Positions 26,351 to 41,400 of a stretch of 64,000 nt of DNA are shown piece after piece. Source of the stretch: the human T2T-CHM13v2.0 reference genome, Homo sapiens; NCBI RefSeq assembly GCF_009914755.1, contig NC_060942.1; one strand, written 5' to 3'. The notes beneath the pieces are model-generated. The model was not told the DNA's origin, did no database searches, and saw only the letters and a program-made list of their open reading frames with translations. A program made the translations under genes and the position numbers. Numbering within the stretch: the first letter of the stretch is position 1; the number at the start of each line of letters is the position of its first letter.

Positions 26351-26559
26351 ATGCCTCTTTGCAATGAGTGTAGTAGTTAACCCCATGCACAGGAGTTATT
26401 TAGACCACACTCTCCTATTTTTGTAGGATCTTTTAAAAAATTACTTTGCTTTTGTCAGTGTGTTCTTCTATTTCTTTTTACTGGTAAAGTCAATTACTGA
26501 AGAAAAATAATTTCGAACTAGAAATTATCTTTTTAGTTTGAAATAAAATTATGTGCAAG

Positions 26560-28700
26560 GAGCTTCTAAATTATCTAATATTTTTTCCTCTTTGCAAAAG
26601 TGTTAATATTATATGGAAAAATTGGAAAAACACAGAAAAATAAACAAACCAAAAAAAGCATTATTCAAGATCCTCCTACCCCAATGTAGCTTACTGTGAA
26701 CATTCTTATCTGAATTCTTTCAGGGTCTTTTTCTTTCTTGTTTTTTTTTTGCTCTACAGATATTTTTCAAACAAAGATGGGAGGATGGTAGTATTTATTG
26801 GCTTGCTTTTTCACTCACTAAATGGTGAACAGCTTTTTACACAATTCTTTATACATTTTCATTATTCTTTCTTTAGGGTTTTTTTTTTTTTTGACATTGC
26901 TTGGTCAAGCTTTGGCACCTACTGCAAACCTGTTTTCAAAATATATCCATCTATCTTTCCATTTCTAGTGCATGAAAACGATCATATTCCTGGGCCGTTG
27001 CCAGCATGGGTATTTTTTAATTTGACAATCTTTGCCAGTTTAGTAACTGTGAAGTAGTGTTGTTTCAGCTTGCATTTCTTGGATTACACGTGAGGGGGGA
27101 GCAATTTTTCCATATGTTTTATGAGACAAAGGTATTTTTTCCTTTTTGAATTATTTTCGGTCATGTTATTTGCTAATTTTTCTGTTGCTTTGTTCCATCA
27201 TCTTACTCATTTGGAAAAGCTGGAATAAAGGTGTTAACTCATCGCTTTAGCATCTCTATACTTGCAGTCCCCACCTTCTGTTGTCTTTTAAGATTATGCA
27301 AGTGATACAGGCTTATTTTAGAAAAACTTGAACAAAGAAAAAAATTTAAAAATTAATGAAACTTATTTGAAATCCCATCATCCAGAAATTACCAAAATTG
27401 ATATTTGGGTATATATTCTTCTGGATCACTTCCTATGCAGATCTATTAATGTCTGTCTGTCTATCTATATTTATCTCTGTCTCTGTATCTATTTATCTAT
27501 CTTTGTCATTTTCAGTGCATGTATAGTATCCCATTTTGTTGTTATGCACAAATTACTGGAGAAATCAACCATTGTTGGAAGTGTGGTTTTCTCCCACTTT
27601 CATATTATAAACAGCTGTGTAATTAATATCTTTGTATGTATATCTTGGCCATAGTCTCATCATTTCCTTGATAAATTCCCACAAGTAAAATTACCAGGTC
27701 AAAGGTTTTGGATGTTTTAAATTATTTTGTTGCGTGTACTGCCAACTGGCCTTCTGGGAAGGTCGTGCACATTTTCAGTCCCACCAGTGACATGCATTTC
27801 TCTGGGTTATGGCATTTTTTGATATATTGAGTTGTTTTTATGTAGTTTAGTTGGTCCTTTCTTGCATAGTTTCTGCTTTTAAAGTGATGTTTAAAGGTGC
27901 CTTCCAATTCTCAAGATTATGTAAATATTCAGTTTTATTTTTATGAATTGATTGTTTTATGTTTAAGTATTTGATACATCTAAAATTAATTTTGGTATAT
28001 GGTGTGGGAAGGGCATCTCACCTTATTATTTTTCTAAATGCCATTTATTTAAAAATCTGTTTTTCCTAATTGGAATTCTAAATGCTAACTTCATTGTACA
28101 CCAAGAATATAGATATATGTATATATGTATATATTTGCGATTGTCTTTCAAATTCCATTTTGATTTCAATGAACAATCTGCCTCTGTTCCTGCCCTGTGT
28201 CCCCTTGTTTTAAGTACTATATCTATAAAATACAATTTAAATAATATAGCTTTCTACCCACCCCCTGTGCCCATTACTTTCCTTTTTTCAATGAATACTT
28301 TTTTCTGTTCTCCTAAAGAAACTTTAGAATCATTTTTGTCACACCTTGGGTAATTTGACTGAAATGGTATTTAATAAGTTAATTCTGGAATACTCAGCAT
28401 CTTTATAGTGGTAAATTTTCCATTCTAAAAACAACTTTGGTATATTTTCAAGTTTATTCAAATCTTATTTGCTACTATTAAGTTTTGTGAGTTTTTTCAG
28501 AGGTAATCGCCTAGGTTATTTATTTATCTGTTTTTGTGATTTTCTCCTTTGTGAATGGACTTTTCTGTTATATTTTAACTGGTTGTGTATTGAGATGCTG
28601 TTGATTTTGGGAATCTTTCTGATTAGCTGTTTGTATTAGCAGATGCTGTTGTTTGCCTTTGTATGTGGTAGCTAGATTTCAGTACTAGATTTTAGTACTT
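26560..28700 (-). mobile_element. Ancient L1 (L1M/L1ME) fragments
   Basis: AT-rich antisense L1 motifs: TTTGCCAGTTT...TTGCATTTCTT, TCCCACCAGTG, ATCTAAAATTAATTTTGGTATATGGTGTG, AGCATCTTTATAGTG. Boundaries approximate. Confidence 0.55.
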
Positions 28701-31700
28701 TTTTATCATGACCTTCTCTTGTGGCTTTTCTATTTTGAGAAAATACTATAACTCTTCAACATTGCTGAATCAATGGGGAGTGTTTGGATTTTTAAAAAAT
28801 CAAATATCAGTTGACAATGATGCCTTAACGCATCTTCTGCAAATAAATAATCAATGGTTAAAATCAGCCCAGGCTGCAGCAGCATGGGAACTCCCGCTCT
28901 TCAGCGGAGGTTTGGGAAGCAGAAATTTTACTTGGGTAGTGTAGAATCAGTGAGATACTGGGATTATTTACCCTGGAAAAGGAAACCATCTTCAGGTCTG
29001 TGAAGGCTGACTGTTTAAAAAGTGAAATCTTTTCAGAGTGAACTGGCAGGAAAAGGGGCTTAAACACAATGAAATAGTGAAAGCAACTATATGTGCAAGT
29101 AAAAATTGCCCACTGGATAGATGGCTTAGGCATGAGGGAAAGGACCTGATTTTTTAAAAGGTGTGTTAATAATGAAATCTTCCTAATTTTCTCACAGTCT
29201 TCAGTTTTAGGGAAGGCCTTTTGCAGATATTGTTCAGATGTGCTGCTTTATAAAATACCCACCAGTTTTTCAGATCAGTGTTATCTGGTAGTGGTGAGAG
29301 AATCTTTAAAAACATATAAAATCATATGGGTTTGTATTTGCCACTGCACAGGCCTAATTCCTGTTGCGTAATCTCCAGATCCTTTAGCCCCTGGCCTGGG
29401 CCTGGCGTAGCATTGACTGCAGTATTCCTGTGTTTGGGGTAGTTTTTCATGGTCGTCTTTAAGCTAATGTAAAATATTTTCCCCTTTTTCATGCTTCTGT
29501 TTGGTTTTAAAAATGAAAATTAAATCTTGGCTTGCTATTCGAGTACACTGTGATTTAGAAGTTAAAGCAAGGAATTGACAGTCATGTTTTTGCTCAGTTT
29601 TAATAAATGTGTCTCTTAGAGCCACCCATTTCTTCTCTGTTAAAAGGGAATACTACTGCTTTATGGGACTACAGGATGCTTTAATATGATAATACATAAA
29701 TAAGGATTTGAGACATTAACAGAAAATATCTTTTTGAAACATAGTAAAACCTCGTCTATGCAGAAACCTATTAATTACCATCTTTATTTTTCTAGATCAG
29801 AACTAAGAATCAGAAGGGATAAAAAGACACTGAGCATGAAAAGTCCATGTACTGAATTCATTATTTACTCATAGACAATATCTCCAGGTTGTCAATCATT
29901 ATTTAAATTTTATTGTTCTGTTACACACAGTTCTGATATTCACGAGTATCTTCTAGGCTACAGCAAATTAAAAGTAGTAAATTGGGAGTGGGAAAAGACA
30001 CACAGATAACAGGGAGAAATGATAGCAGATGACCTAATAGTAAGCAAGAAGAGAAGGAAAAAAACTATAGCAAAATAATAAATAATATGAAAAGCACAGC
30101 ACTGTGGGCCTTTTCTTAGAAATGGAATAGCTCTTTGCCCTTTCTGGTTATCACTGATCGCTCACAGGTTTTATTTCTAGTTGTTAGAGAACTTTAATTT
30201 TATTCAGCATGCTTTAAATAGTGTGGCAAAAGCATGTAGATTTTATGTAGATTTTTCCAGTGCTTAAACATTTTTATAAAATTCTGTTTAAAAGGGTAAA
30301 CTCCCAATTATCCAGAAAACCCAGCCTCCAAAAATGACTCCCCAGAATAGTTGTGATTTTACTTCATGATATACTTTCAATAATTGATAGTATAAATTCT
30401 TTAAGTATTTTATGGACACATTTTTTGCATATAGTCTCTCGATGATGAAACACACCTTCTGTATCTGTTTTAATGTATGTATCCTTTGAATTGAATTTGC
30501 TGGAAAAAATTTGGTTCTGTTCCTCTGACATGTATATTTCCTTTCTTCCTCCTCTACCATCTGGGATGCTTTCTCTAATATCGCATTTGGAAGAGGATGA
30601 CGCTCACTGTGTTGTTTCAGCATATGTGGGTCTGGTTGAATTCACGTCTGCCTGTTCACCTCTAGTTTTTCATTTTCACACCTCCATGGAGGTGGTATGC
30701 TGCTCTTCCATGCCTGGTAGAGCTGTAGGAAATGTTACTTAAATGTGTGAATGTGACCACCAGGGTACATTTATCTCAATAGGAAACAAATATGCTAAAT
30801 ACAGGTAACATGCTATTTATACTTACAGGTAATAACTTATATCTTCTAACCAATCATTTTCCCCCTAACATAGCTGGGGATATTTTACAAGCCAATTGTC
30901 GCATTAAAAACTGTAACTCTTTGATTTTATATGTGATACAATATCTAATAATACTCCCAGGAAAATGCCAGTTGTATTTTTTAGTACCTGTGTGATTTTC
31001 TTGATTGCTAAAATATACGTATGTAGATTGAACATAAATGAAAAAATTGAAGTCCGGGTTTGAAGATTTCTAGGAAATTACTTTTCATTGAACACAGCTG
31101 CCCAAATTGTTTGATTTCTGTTAAACACAATGGAATTGTTCCAGTGATGCTGCAGTTACAAAAACAAAAGATAACAAATAGACCACGTTTCTGCATGTGT
31201 ATTTTACTTCTTGTACTCAGGAAGAGACTGAGCTAATGAAGAAATTAACATTTGTACTTATGTCCTAGAAGAATGTCATCAGAACTATTTATTGCTCACT
31301 AAAGAAATTAAATTACTTAATGAAGGTGAATTATTAACTTAATTTATTAGGAATTTAATTTCGGAGCTATTTTCATAGGGATATTGGCCAAGGCAAGAAT
31401 GATAACACTTTAATGCATAAAGACACTCAAATGACTTTAAATAGGCAACTAAAACTATTTCAGTGGAAACAGATATTTCTGTGCTTTAAATAACAATTTT
31501 TCAAAGAAGATCTATTATCAATGTAACTATGCAATCATAAGGAGTATGACTTCTTTAAGATGAATTAATTTTCAACGGTAGTATTGCTTATCATTGACAG
31601 GCATTGTATCATTACTTTATAAATTAGGTTCCATTTCTAAAATAATTGCAAAGCAGTTTTTGGTAGCAGGGGAGCTGTTCATTGTTAATTTTCAGTCATT

Positions 31701-33194
31701 GAAGCCCAGAAATCAGACAGATCAAAGTGTTCTAGGTCTGGTCATAGCAGATCAGCTGGGTCACAGAGGTTTCTGAACCACATGACCCATGGTAGAGGGG
31801 TGTGTATAGTTATTCTGAAGCCTAAACTGAGTCTACTTCCCCTGGCCTAAATAAGATATGATATCATTGCCTTTACTGGATAGTTCCACCTTCTCCTATT
31901 AAAAATGCCACAAAATGGAGAGGGAAGAGATTTCTTAATATCTATGTGTTAGTGATCATAGTGAAAGCCAGAACTGGCAATTCCCTGGAATTTTCTATAA
32001 ATATCTTCATATAAACATCATTATAGTGATTCATGAATTAGATGAAAGAAATGTGGGGAAAAATCTCATTTCTTCTTTAAATTGTTGTTTCTGTTTGAAA
32101 TTTTTAGTGATTTTAGTAATTTTCATGAGTATATGCAATATGAAGTTTTTGGGTAATTCCTGAAGCAACATGTGTTATGTAGATACCAAAACATCTCGAT
32201 GATGTGCATTTTACCTGTTCCACACCCGAATACAACCTCGGATAGTTAGGTAGCTGGAGGTTTGATGCTTGGAATTAAGATTATGTTTTAATCTTTAAGT
32301 TTTGGTATTTCAGATGAAGTATTTTTACTTATGATACACTTATGGGGAAATGCTGCTCTTTTTAAAATATTCAGATAACTTGATTGTATTGCCTGTTTAT
32401 CAAAAAAGAGTGGTGATGTGCATTTGTTGCTTCAAAGATGTATGTGAAACACCCTACTCTATCTGCATCGCTGATGAAAGGGGCCCATACTTCTATTGGT
32501 TGCAGTTTTAAAGAAGACAGTTGAAGAGCTTTATCAAATTGACCTTCAATTGGGGGATCATTAATGAACTAACCTCCTTCATTGAGAGATTATTCAAGGC
32601 CCCGAGTAGCATGTGATTTCCCTTGTTTTGCGGTAATTCATTTGAAACATTTACCAAAAACCTTAATGTATACAGAAGATGCTAAACTTTTTTAAAGGGC
32701 TGGGTCCTTTTTATTGCTGTTGTAAGCCATGCCTCTTCTCATCGTGTGCCAAAACAAAAAACAAAAAACCCACACATAATTCTGCCCATGTTTCAGAATC
32801 TTGGCTAGGACAAGGCAGAGAAAGTGAGAGTTTAACCTATTAATAAGAGCAAGTGCTTGAACTAATACAACTTTCTGTGAGAAAATGTTTTTAAGGATTA
32901 TTGATTATCTGAGGATATTTTGTAAGTTACTAATTTAGGAAATTTTTCATTTTTTAAAAATTTAGTCTTCAGTTACTTTAGGAAACTTAGTGTTCGTAGA
33001 CAGAAAAAAAAAAAGGCTGGTGTCTGCAGATGAACTAAGGAACGGCTTTGCTTTTGCCTCTGGGATCTCTCTGATTTGGTATTCCTGATGAGGAAGCATC
33101 AGGCCAGAATGTTTGTACGCGCCCTTCCTCCTCCTCATGGATTCAAACGCCAGTCGTCACGTTAGTCATGTTGCACATGTTCCCGTGGTAACAG

Positions 33195-33320
33195 AAGCTC
33201 TGCCATCCCCTAGCTCTGTGAGCTTGGGTGCCTCATCTGCCTCAGTTTCTTTGTAAAATGATAGAGCTGTTGTGTGAAGTACATGATAGGAGGGCTGCAC
33301 GCTTAGAACCGGGGCTGCAC
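33195..33320 (+). mobile_element. MIR SINE fragment
   Basis: CTCTGCCA...TAGCTCTGTGAGCTTGGG...GCCTCAGTTTCTTTGTAAAATG. Confidence 0.6.
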
Positions 33321-34667
33321 ACGGGGCTGTGGACGTCACAGTCTCGTCATCAGAGGGGGCATCTGGACTCCTAGCAGAGCGGGAAGAGAGGCATTCCCGG
33401 CCTGTGGAGCAGTGCTCCTGGAGGCGGCCTCGACCTGCTCCTAGGACCCATCTGCCGGCTGCTGCTCCTCTGTCTGGGAGACTCTCTCACCTGAGCGTGA
33501 CTCGGTGTCTGCAGCGTCACTGCAGTGTGTGAAGGCCAGTACAGGGACCCTTCCTCTGTGCTCCTCCACAGCCACCATGCGGGTTTTGTTGGATGTGTTG
33601 ATGGAGTGCACGTGGTACCCACTGTCAGGATGCTCTCTGCAAGTGCCGCACCCCCAAGCGACATTTATTTTGTACTGAAATAACATCTCTAGTGTCTACT
33701 ATATGAGCTTGTATCTCATATGCTCCCATATATACTTGTTTCACACTTAAAATCTCACATGTAGTAACGGTTGCTTTCAATAAGTACACATGGGCATGAT
33801 TTCCTGTAAAGGTTAGATAGCTTCTTTGTAAAGTTGCAAGTATTTGTGTACTTTATAAATGCAAGAAACTAAGCTTTACAGGCCTCATTTAAGAAAAATA
33901 AAGATTTCTTTATTTGGGAAAAAGGGAAATTTTTTTCTCCTAGAGAATGACTTTCTGTAATAAATATATTTTCCATGGTGATACAGTATATAAATGTGTG
34001 TGTCAGTGTGTCAGAAACATACTAGACTTTACTAAGGTGAGGTTGTCAACTTTTCTATTCTATTTTATTAAAAGGATGCTACAGAACTGATTTCATGATC
34101 CACTAGTGACTTATGGCCCTCAGTGAGAAAAATGCCATCCTAGAGTAGCCATCCAGGACTGCCCTCCTCACTCGAGCTCACAGTGAAGATCAGGGCAGGT
34201 GACTGTGCCATCCACTGATGGATGACGATGATGGCAGTGGTGATGTTATTGCCAGCTGCCATTTACTCACATGTTCTTAACTTGCTATTAAAAAAATTAT
34301 AAAAACAGATACTTAAAAATAGTAATACAAAGTTATAAAGCATTGACATTTTATAAGAAAAGGTCAAAGAAGGTCACTCATCTTTTGCCCTTTGTCCATT
34401 TCACTTTCCTCCTCCCCTCAAGGTAACCAATAGGAGCCGCCTGTTTCTGTTTTCCTCACCTTTCTATGTGCCCACATAGGTCTATGAAAACGTATGAATG
34501 TGTGTGGGGTTTTCTTTATTTTCTAAAAAATGGAATTCATTGCAGCACAGTTTTGATTTTTGCACTTAAAAATAAGTCGCGATCATTGCTCCAGAGAGAG
34601 ATTTCACTCAGTCTCTTTCATGCTGCAGACTCTCCAAGGTGTGGCCGGCCCATGTGAGTGGCCATTG

Positions 34668-35158
34668 CAGTAGCTGCCCCGCTTATCCTCAGTTTTGCTT
34701 TCTACGATTTTACTCACCCACAGGCAGTCAACCATTGTCCAAAAATATTAAACAGAAAATTACAGAAATAAATGCATAAGTTTTAAGTTGTGTGCCATTC
34801 TGAGTAGTGTGATGAAATCTTGTACAGTCCTACACGGTCCCTCCTAGGACACAAATCACCCCTTTGCCCGGCATATCCAGACTGTAGATGCCACTTGCCC
34901 CGGTTAGTCACTTAGTAACTGTCTTGGTTATCAAATCAACAGATCACAGAAGAAGAAGGGTGAGTACAGTGTGATAGTTTGAGAAAGAGACCCCATTCAC
35001 AAAACTTTTATTACAGTACATAGTTATGATTGTCCTATTTTATTATAATTGTTAATCTCTTACTGTGGCAAATTTATAAATTAAATTTTATAATGGGTAT
35101 GTACGTATAGAAGAAAAAACAGTATGTATAATGTATCCCCTGCAACTAAGGGGATACA
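34668..35158. mobile_element. MER44/Tigger7-derived DNA transposon, nested in old L1-like sequence
   Basis: 5' end CAGTAG...CTTATCC, then AAAATATTAAA...CCATTCTGAGTAGTGTGATGAAATCT...TTAGTCACTTAGTA, and a degenerate inverted 3' end ATCCCCTGCAACTAAGGGGA. Confidence 0.8.
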
Positions 35159-38100
35159 TTACCTTATTGGCAAATGTTCAGGCTGTGGATCACCCTAAAC
35201 AATGCTGCTGGGTATTTACCTATGGGTGCTTTTATTTCCAAGGATATAAAAGTAGGATATCCTGGCGTCAAAGAGTATGCGTACTTTTAATTGCCAGATT
35301 GCTTCTGGAAGGGAACCCCTCTGGATAGATAACGGCAACTTCCACTTCTTGAGTGTGTGTGATGTCCCAGCTCCATGCAGCCCTTTGTACTGATGCCTTT
35401 CAGGTCTCAAGTCAGCTCTGTGCTTCATAGCAGCTATCGGCCCATGATTCAGCCGTTCTTTTCCTAACCTTGTGAATTAGTAAATGAATAAATGAACGAA
35501 TGCACGAATGAGGGCAGGCCTGGCCCCGGAGGGGTTCTTTCTGTGCCCCAGGCCAGCCTCTTAGCCTGCGGCTTCTCGTGTTTCCCTGGCCTTCAGTCAC
35601 TAACGTGAATTCATTTCAATAGCAAATATTTATTTTTATCTTCCTGGACAAAAGAAAAATATCTCCCGCTTTTGCATTTTCCCCAGCATTCAGCCTATAC
35701 TCTAGGATATTGCTTACGGCATTTTGTTGTGTATTAAAATGGGTTGAAGGTTTCCTTTTTTCACATCCTACCTTTAAGTTCTATGAAGACAAAGACAGTC
35801 TTCATCTTGTATTCCCCGCAGAAGTAGTCTGGTGCCAAGTAGCAGAAGCTCAGTAAATGGTTTTGGAATATGCAGAAGAGCACCAGCAGAATCTCTGTCT
35901 GTGTCTGTGAACGAAGTCATCTTTTCCTTCTATTTTGTTATAGCCCAGTATTGTGCATAAAGTTCAGGCTGTCTGTCCTGCACTAGAGAGACACAGGCAG
36001 CTGCTGGCTGATCTTCAAAAAGGTGTGCAGAGGGCAGAGTTGGGGAGGTGAGGGGAGGACCACTGCCCCGGCCTTTTCACTGGGAGTTTCCTGGATGCTC
36101 CTCAGTTTTGCCTTTGTGACTCCTTCAGTCAACATTGATGTGAAACACGCCCTGGTTGAATGCCCAGGCATCAGACCCAAGCTTATGGCCGTGGTGGTGA
36201 TATACCAGGGAAGCCTTACCTCTCCAAGTTCGAGGCACCCACAGGTGGCTTGACTTCAGGTGCTCTCTTAGTTTTATACCTACTCTCTTTACAGGAGCTC
36301 TAATGTCAAAGGAAAATGGATGGACATTTCTCAATCCATGGGACGCGCGTCCCTTTTTCCTGGCTGTGGATCTCGGCCAGGAGGAGCATGGTGGGGTGTA
36401 TGGGCTTCCCCCGGGAGTGAAACTGTATCACTTCCGCTCACGTTTCATTGGCCACATCTCCTCCCACGGAGACAGAGAAGTCCAGTTCCGCGATGTACCC
36501 GGAGGAGCAGGACCTGAGTGTTGACAAACAACTCTAAGGACTACTACCCCGCCAAGTAGGAAAAGGAAAGGAGAGATGGGAAAGGGTGGAGGATTTGGGA
36601 CAGTAGGTAAGAGAACTGTATCTCTTAAGAGACTTGCTGTCTAACTCTGCCATAGAGACCTTCCAAAAATGCTTTGACTCATGACAACATCATTGTAACA
36701 CATTTATGGCCTTCCCAGGGTGATTCTTTTGAAGGACAACAGTCACCTCTTTACAGAAAGACATTCTCTAAAGAATGTCAGGAGTCTTGTCAGCTCATAC
36801 TGGCACCTTTGATACATGGCCTGACCCATGCACTACGACCATCAGCTCAACCTTGGATGAGACGACCAGAGGTGAGAAAGCCTCAGTCCCTCAGCACAGC
36901 CACAGAGCAAGAGGGTGGCCATTGCTTCCAGCAGGGGCTGCTGCCCAGATTGACATGTGCACAGCCTGTGAGTTCGGTGTGGCTTTCTTCAAGGCTTCTG
37001 GTTCTATCTTGTTTACAACGTAATTTCTCATTTCATAGTTACATAGTGTATTCAGTTCTTAAATGACTGATAAGAGGAAGTCACAGTGCACTTCTAAGAG
37101 CTGCTGTCATCATTTGAATGCTGTAGGACCTTTGGCTGAAATGAAAAGACTTGCTATTGGGTATTTGAAATCAAATGAGAGTTTTGACGTCGGGGGTGCG
37201 TGTTAATTTCCATATAGGATAACCTTACAAATCAACTTAAAGTGTAATGAACAAGCAAATAAGTAGCTACAACTCATATGGCGTTTGGCCATGATTCAAG
37301 CCAAACCCTTGAGGCTTTTGGTGTTGAGAAGGAAGAGTTGGAGGAGTGACCTGTATTCTCTCCAGGAGACAGGGGTTGTGCCTGGTGTGACTTCAGAGTG
37401 CAGGGGGAAGCTGCTGGTTTCGATGAGATGGTGGCCTGAAAAAGCTGACAGACTCTCAGAGCCAGTTGAGAGATGCAAAACTGGTCTCTGAGGCTTTCCT
37501 TTTTAGGAAGAAATTTACACTGAAATAAGAGCTTGGTGAAGCAAAACTCCTGATTTCTCAGAAAGCATTTATTTTGCTCCAATAGGTTACCAGAAGATTG
37601 TGATCACTATAGACCTTAAGGAGCTGCCTTCCCCTTTAGTGATACTATAAAAAATACAAAACAAACAAACAAAAGACCATGGCAGGAATGATGAAGTAAG
37701 GTACTGTGTTGTACTACATGACACTGAGTCATATTAAAGATAATTGTATATGCTTTTCTATATTTTTTCTTTTATTTATTCAACAAATATTCACCAAGTG
37801 TGTGCCAAGCATTGTTACAGGTGCTACCCAGACTATAGCCTATATAGACACGGAGAGTGTGGCTTACAGGCTTATGATATGAATGTAAATCGTCAATTGG
37901 CCTCTTGGCTAGGACCATCAGGTTTGTTCTTTTAAACCTGAGAAAATAGTATTTATTCTCTATAAAATACGCTTGCATTAAGCATATATCTGGCCTCAAG
38001 AGTGGTCCTGTTATAACAAAAGCAAATGCAACGTTCACTCTGGGATGGCAGCAGGGCACTTCTCTGTTTCCAAGTGCCACACAGTCTCTGGTGGCCATGC

Positions 38101-38264
38101 CTCCCCTTATGTAGTCCCTCTTCTCAGCGTCTTTCCTCTTCCTGTGCCTTTTGAAATCTGTTTAGATTCAGGGAGGCTCCATTCTTCTCCTTGAGAAGCA
38201 TTACCACCCTCTCTTCCATCTGTGCCCTGTACATGGCATTGTGCTTCTGACCTTCGAGGGGCTC

Positions 38265-38460
38265 AGAGAACATTTTCAGGTCACAGTGGTTTTTAGAGAT
38301 CATCTGCTCCAACCCTGCCATTTTCATTGATGAGGACACAGAGACTTAGGCTAGATTATGGACCCTCTTCAAGTTTCCCAGCAGTGTCGTATGATTAAGA
38401 CAAGAGGCCGGTTTTCTGGGTAACAGTCCAGAGCTCTTTCTCTTAAGCCATGCTGCCTCC
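38265..38460 (-). mobile_element. MIR SINE
   Basis: TTAGAGATCATCTGCTCCAACCC...CATTTTCATTGATGAGGACAC...CCATGCTGCCTC. Confidence 0.7.
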
Positions 38461-41400
38461 ACAGTCAATGTGTTGTGCGTCAGGAAGCTTCATACTATTC
38501 AGTATGCAGGTTCGTTAAATATTTGATTAAACATGTTACTTGTGGTCATATCTTTTTTTAAAAAAATTCAGGGCATGAAATCATCTGGAATGTAATCTAG
38601 CAAGCTAAGATTATTTCTAGGGTGAAACCAAATTCAACTTTTATCGCTTTGACTTATGACACCTTTTTGAGGACCGTGAAGTGCTAGGTCTACCTGCACT
38701 TCCATTTACATCACTACCATTTAAATAATGTCTCCTTTGTTCTTTCTCAGTCTCGTAGAGACATACTCCCATTTGTTTTGTGTTAAATATCGGTATAAAT
38801 AAGTTATCAATAATCAATATATTCTCTGACACCTTGTTGTATATTTTATAAATCCCTTTTCTTGCAAGTGAATGTTAGCATTCCTAACTCTTAACATAAT
38901 TAAATTATGTACTTATCAGTTAAGGAACTGGTTTGCTTTAGTGATGGTGCCAAGAGACAGTAACCATGTTCAATATGTCTATGTTTCTTATTTCATCTTG
39001 GGATTAAACCACAGAGATGGTATTTTTTGTTTGTTATGTTGTTTGTATCAACATTTCATACAGATACAATAATTCAGTGTGAAGGAAAATCAGTGTTTTC
39101 TTGAGCTGATTTACATATGGATGTCAGATCCAGTTATGCTATTTTTATAGTATTGAGGAAAACAAAATGACCTTTTACTAAGTTTTTGATACTGGAAGAT
39201 TCTGTGTTTTGAGTTTGGAGGGGAGGAAGCTGCAGAGGAAAAGGAAAGAAGCAACTGTTGATTTATACCATGATGCTAGCAACAGTCAGGCATCTAAGAT
39301 GCTTTTCAGCTATAATTGTGTCTTTGCTCAAGGCTACTGTAGTTATACTACATTCTATTCCATTGTCCATCAATTCCACCCATTTCAAGGAGCTGAAGCT
39401 GATGCTAACCATAGAATAGTCCAGAATATCCTTTATGTTTTTTCTCTTTGCTATAAATGCAGCGTTATTTTATAGACTGGAGATACTGCTTCATAAGATC
39501 ACATAGTGCCACTCATTTATAAGATGATAGTACAATAATCAGAAGTATGTGTTAAAAATATATTTAGCTGGCTGTCCTCTTTAAGTCCCTGCTTTTTGAT
39601 ATGATTATTTTTCCAAAAAGAAATTGAAAACAATATGTCATCCAGTAAATATGTTCGTGGATAGCATATATCTGAAATGGATAGTTTACCCTTAACGGGA
39701 ATAGTAAAATACACTACAGAAGCTTTCAGCTGGCTTCTATCAAAATAATTACTTTAGCAATTATCTCTGCCGTTCAGATAACTTTTGCATGCGGGTGGTG
39801 TTTCTGTGCCTTTCTGTTCATCAACCTCATGCTTAGCGTTCTCCCAGGAACTATTACACTGACAGATTTTTTTTTTTTTTTTTTTAAGTGTAGGAGAAGG
39901 AGAAGAAAGGGAAAGGGCTATTTAAAAGGAATTGCACTCTGATACATAGGTAGTTAGCAACTTAATTCTGAGCCCGAGGTGATTGTGCTGTGAGGTGGAG
40001 TTCTTTGGCAGGGTCTCCTGAATCAGAAGCATGATACCTGGGCCAACTGAAGGCCAGCTACTGCGTTCAAGGGAAGGAACTGTGTAGATACGGGATTATG
40101 GAAGCGAGTCAGGATAAGCTTATCAGGGTATGCATACTTAAATGTCTTTTTAAAAGTTTATTCTTAAACTTTAGTGTCAAATCTGTTATTTTAGAAGGAA
40201 TTTTTTGACATTGAGGAGACAAACATTTCTAGTTATGAATTCTAGGCATTTTTTACTCAATTACGCTTTAGGCAAAGATGTACTATCCACAGCTAAAATA
40301 AATTTCTACTTTCTGTTTCTTCTCACTTCTCACAAGAGTTCAGCACAAAACAAGTGTTATTAAGAGAGATTTTTTGGCTTAAATTGGTACGTTAAATATG
40401 CTTCTGTTTTAAAATATTTTAATTTCATAGAGCAATTTTACATGCAGAATGTGATCCCACTTGTTCAAATCTTGGACCGTGGTAGAGAAATGTTTTGGAA
40501 AGCAGCCCACTTTGACCTCTTCTTTCCCTTTTATCTCGACATCTGTGAGTTTTAAAGCAAAAAAAGAAAAAAGACTTTTAAGAGAAATTTGTCTTTGAGT
40601 GGAATGTTTTCTTGTAGTTCACTGAGGTGGGATTCCTTTGGCTCGTCATGTATGTGTGCTTGAGTAAGTAGAAACACTTTAAGAAAAGTAAACTGTGCTT
40701 TTCTACTGTCATATTTGATTTGGGCTGCGTCCTGATGGTTGTTTGAAGCTAACATGAAATGCGATGCCTGCCTGACCCATTTTAGCAACCCATTATCATA
40801 ATTTCACTGTCGTATGGCCGCTGAGTTAATGTACTTACAAATGACAGAGAAAGTGTGTTACATGACCTTAGGGTTTTCAAAAATTAAATGACGTCGTAGG
40901 TCGTATTTCAAAGAATAGCTAAGGAGAATGGTTTTCTTTGCTGCATAAAGTGTCACTGTGCATAGCAACAGGATATTGTATTTCTTTTTTATTACGCAAA
41001 AATGTGAAGCTTTTAAACTCCTAGATTCCCCACATAAAATTTAATATTGGGGTAGAGAATGAAACATCCAGTGGATAAATCTGCTTCTCCCCCATCTCAT
41101 TCCCTCTCACTTTCTAGACGAGACCCCTTCCAAGCTCAGAAATGCAGAAATGCTTTGTCATTTTCTTGTCCGATGATGAATTTACTATTTCCCCCCCTTA
41201 CTCGAATCTCATGAATTCCCACCTAAAAGGCAATAAAGTACTTATATTTACTGAAATACACTTTTCTAGGATTGCTTAACAATACACCGTCTTTTTTCTT
41301 GTCGGATTTGGGAATCAGTTTACAAAAGTGTTCTTTGGAAAGAACCGAGCCTTCTAGCCTGAGGAAACTCTTAATTAAAGCAAATGGTATCAACATTGTA

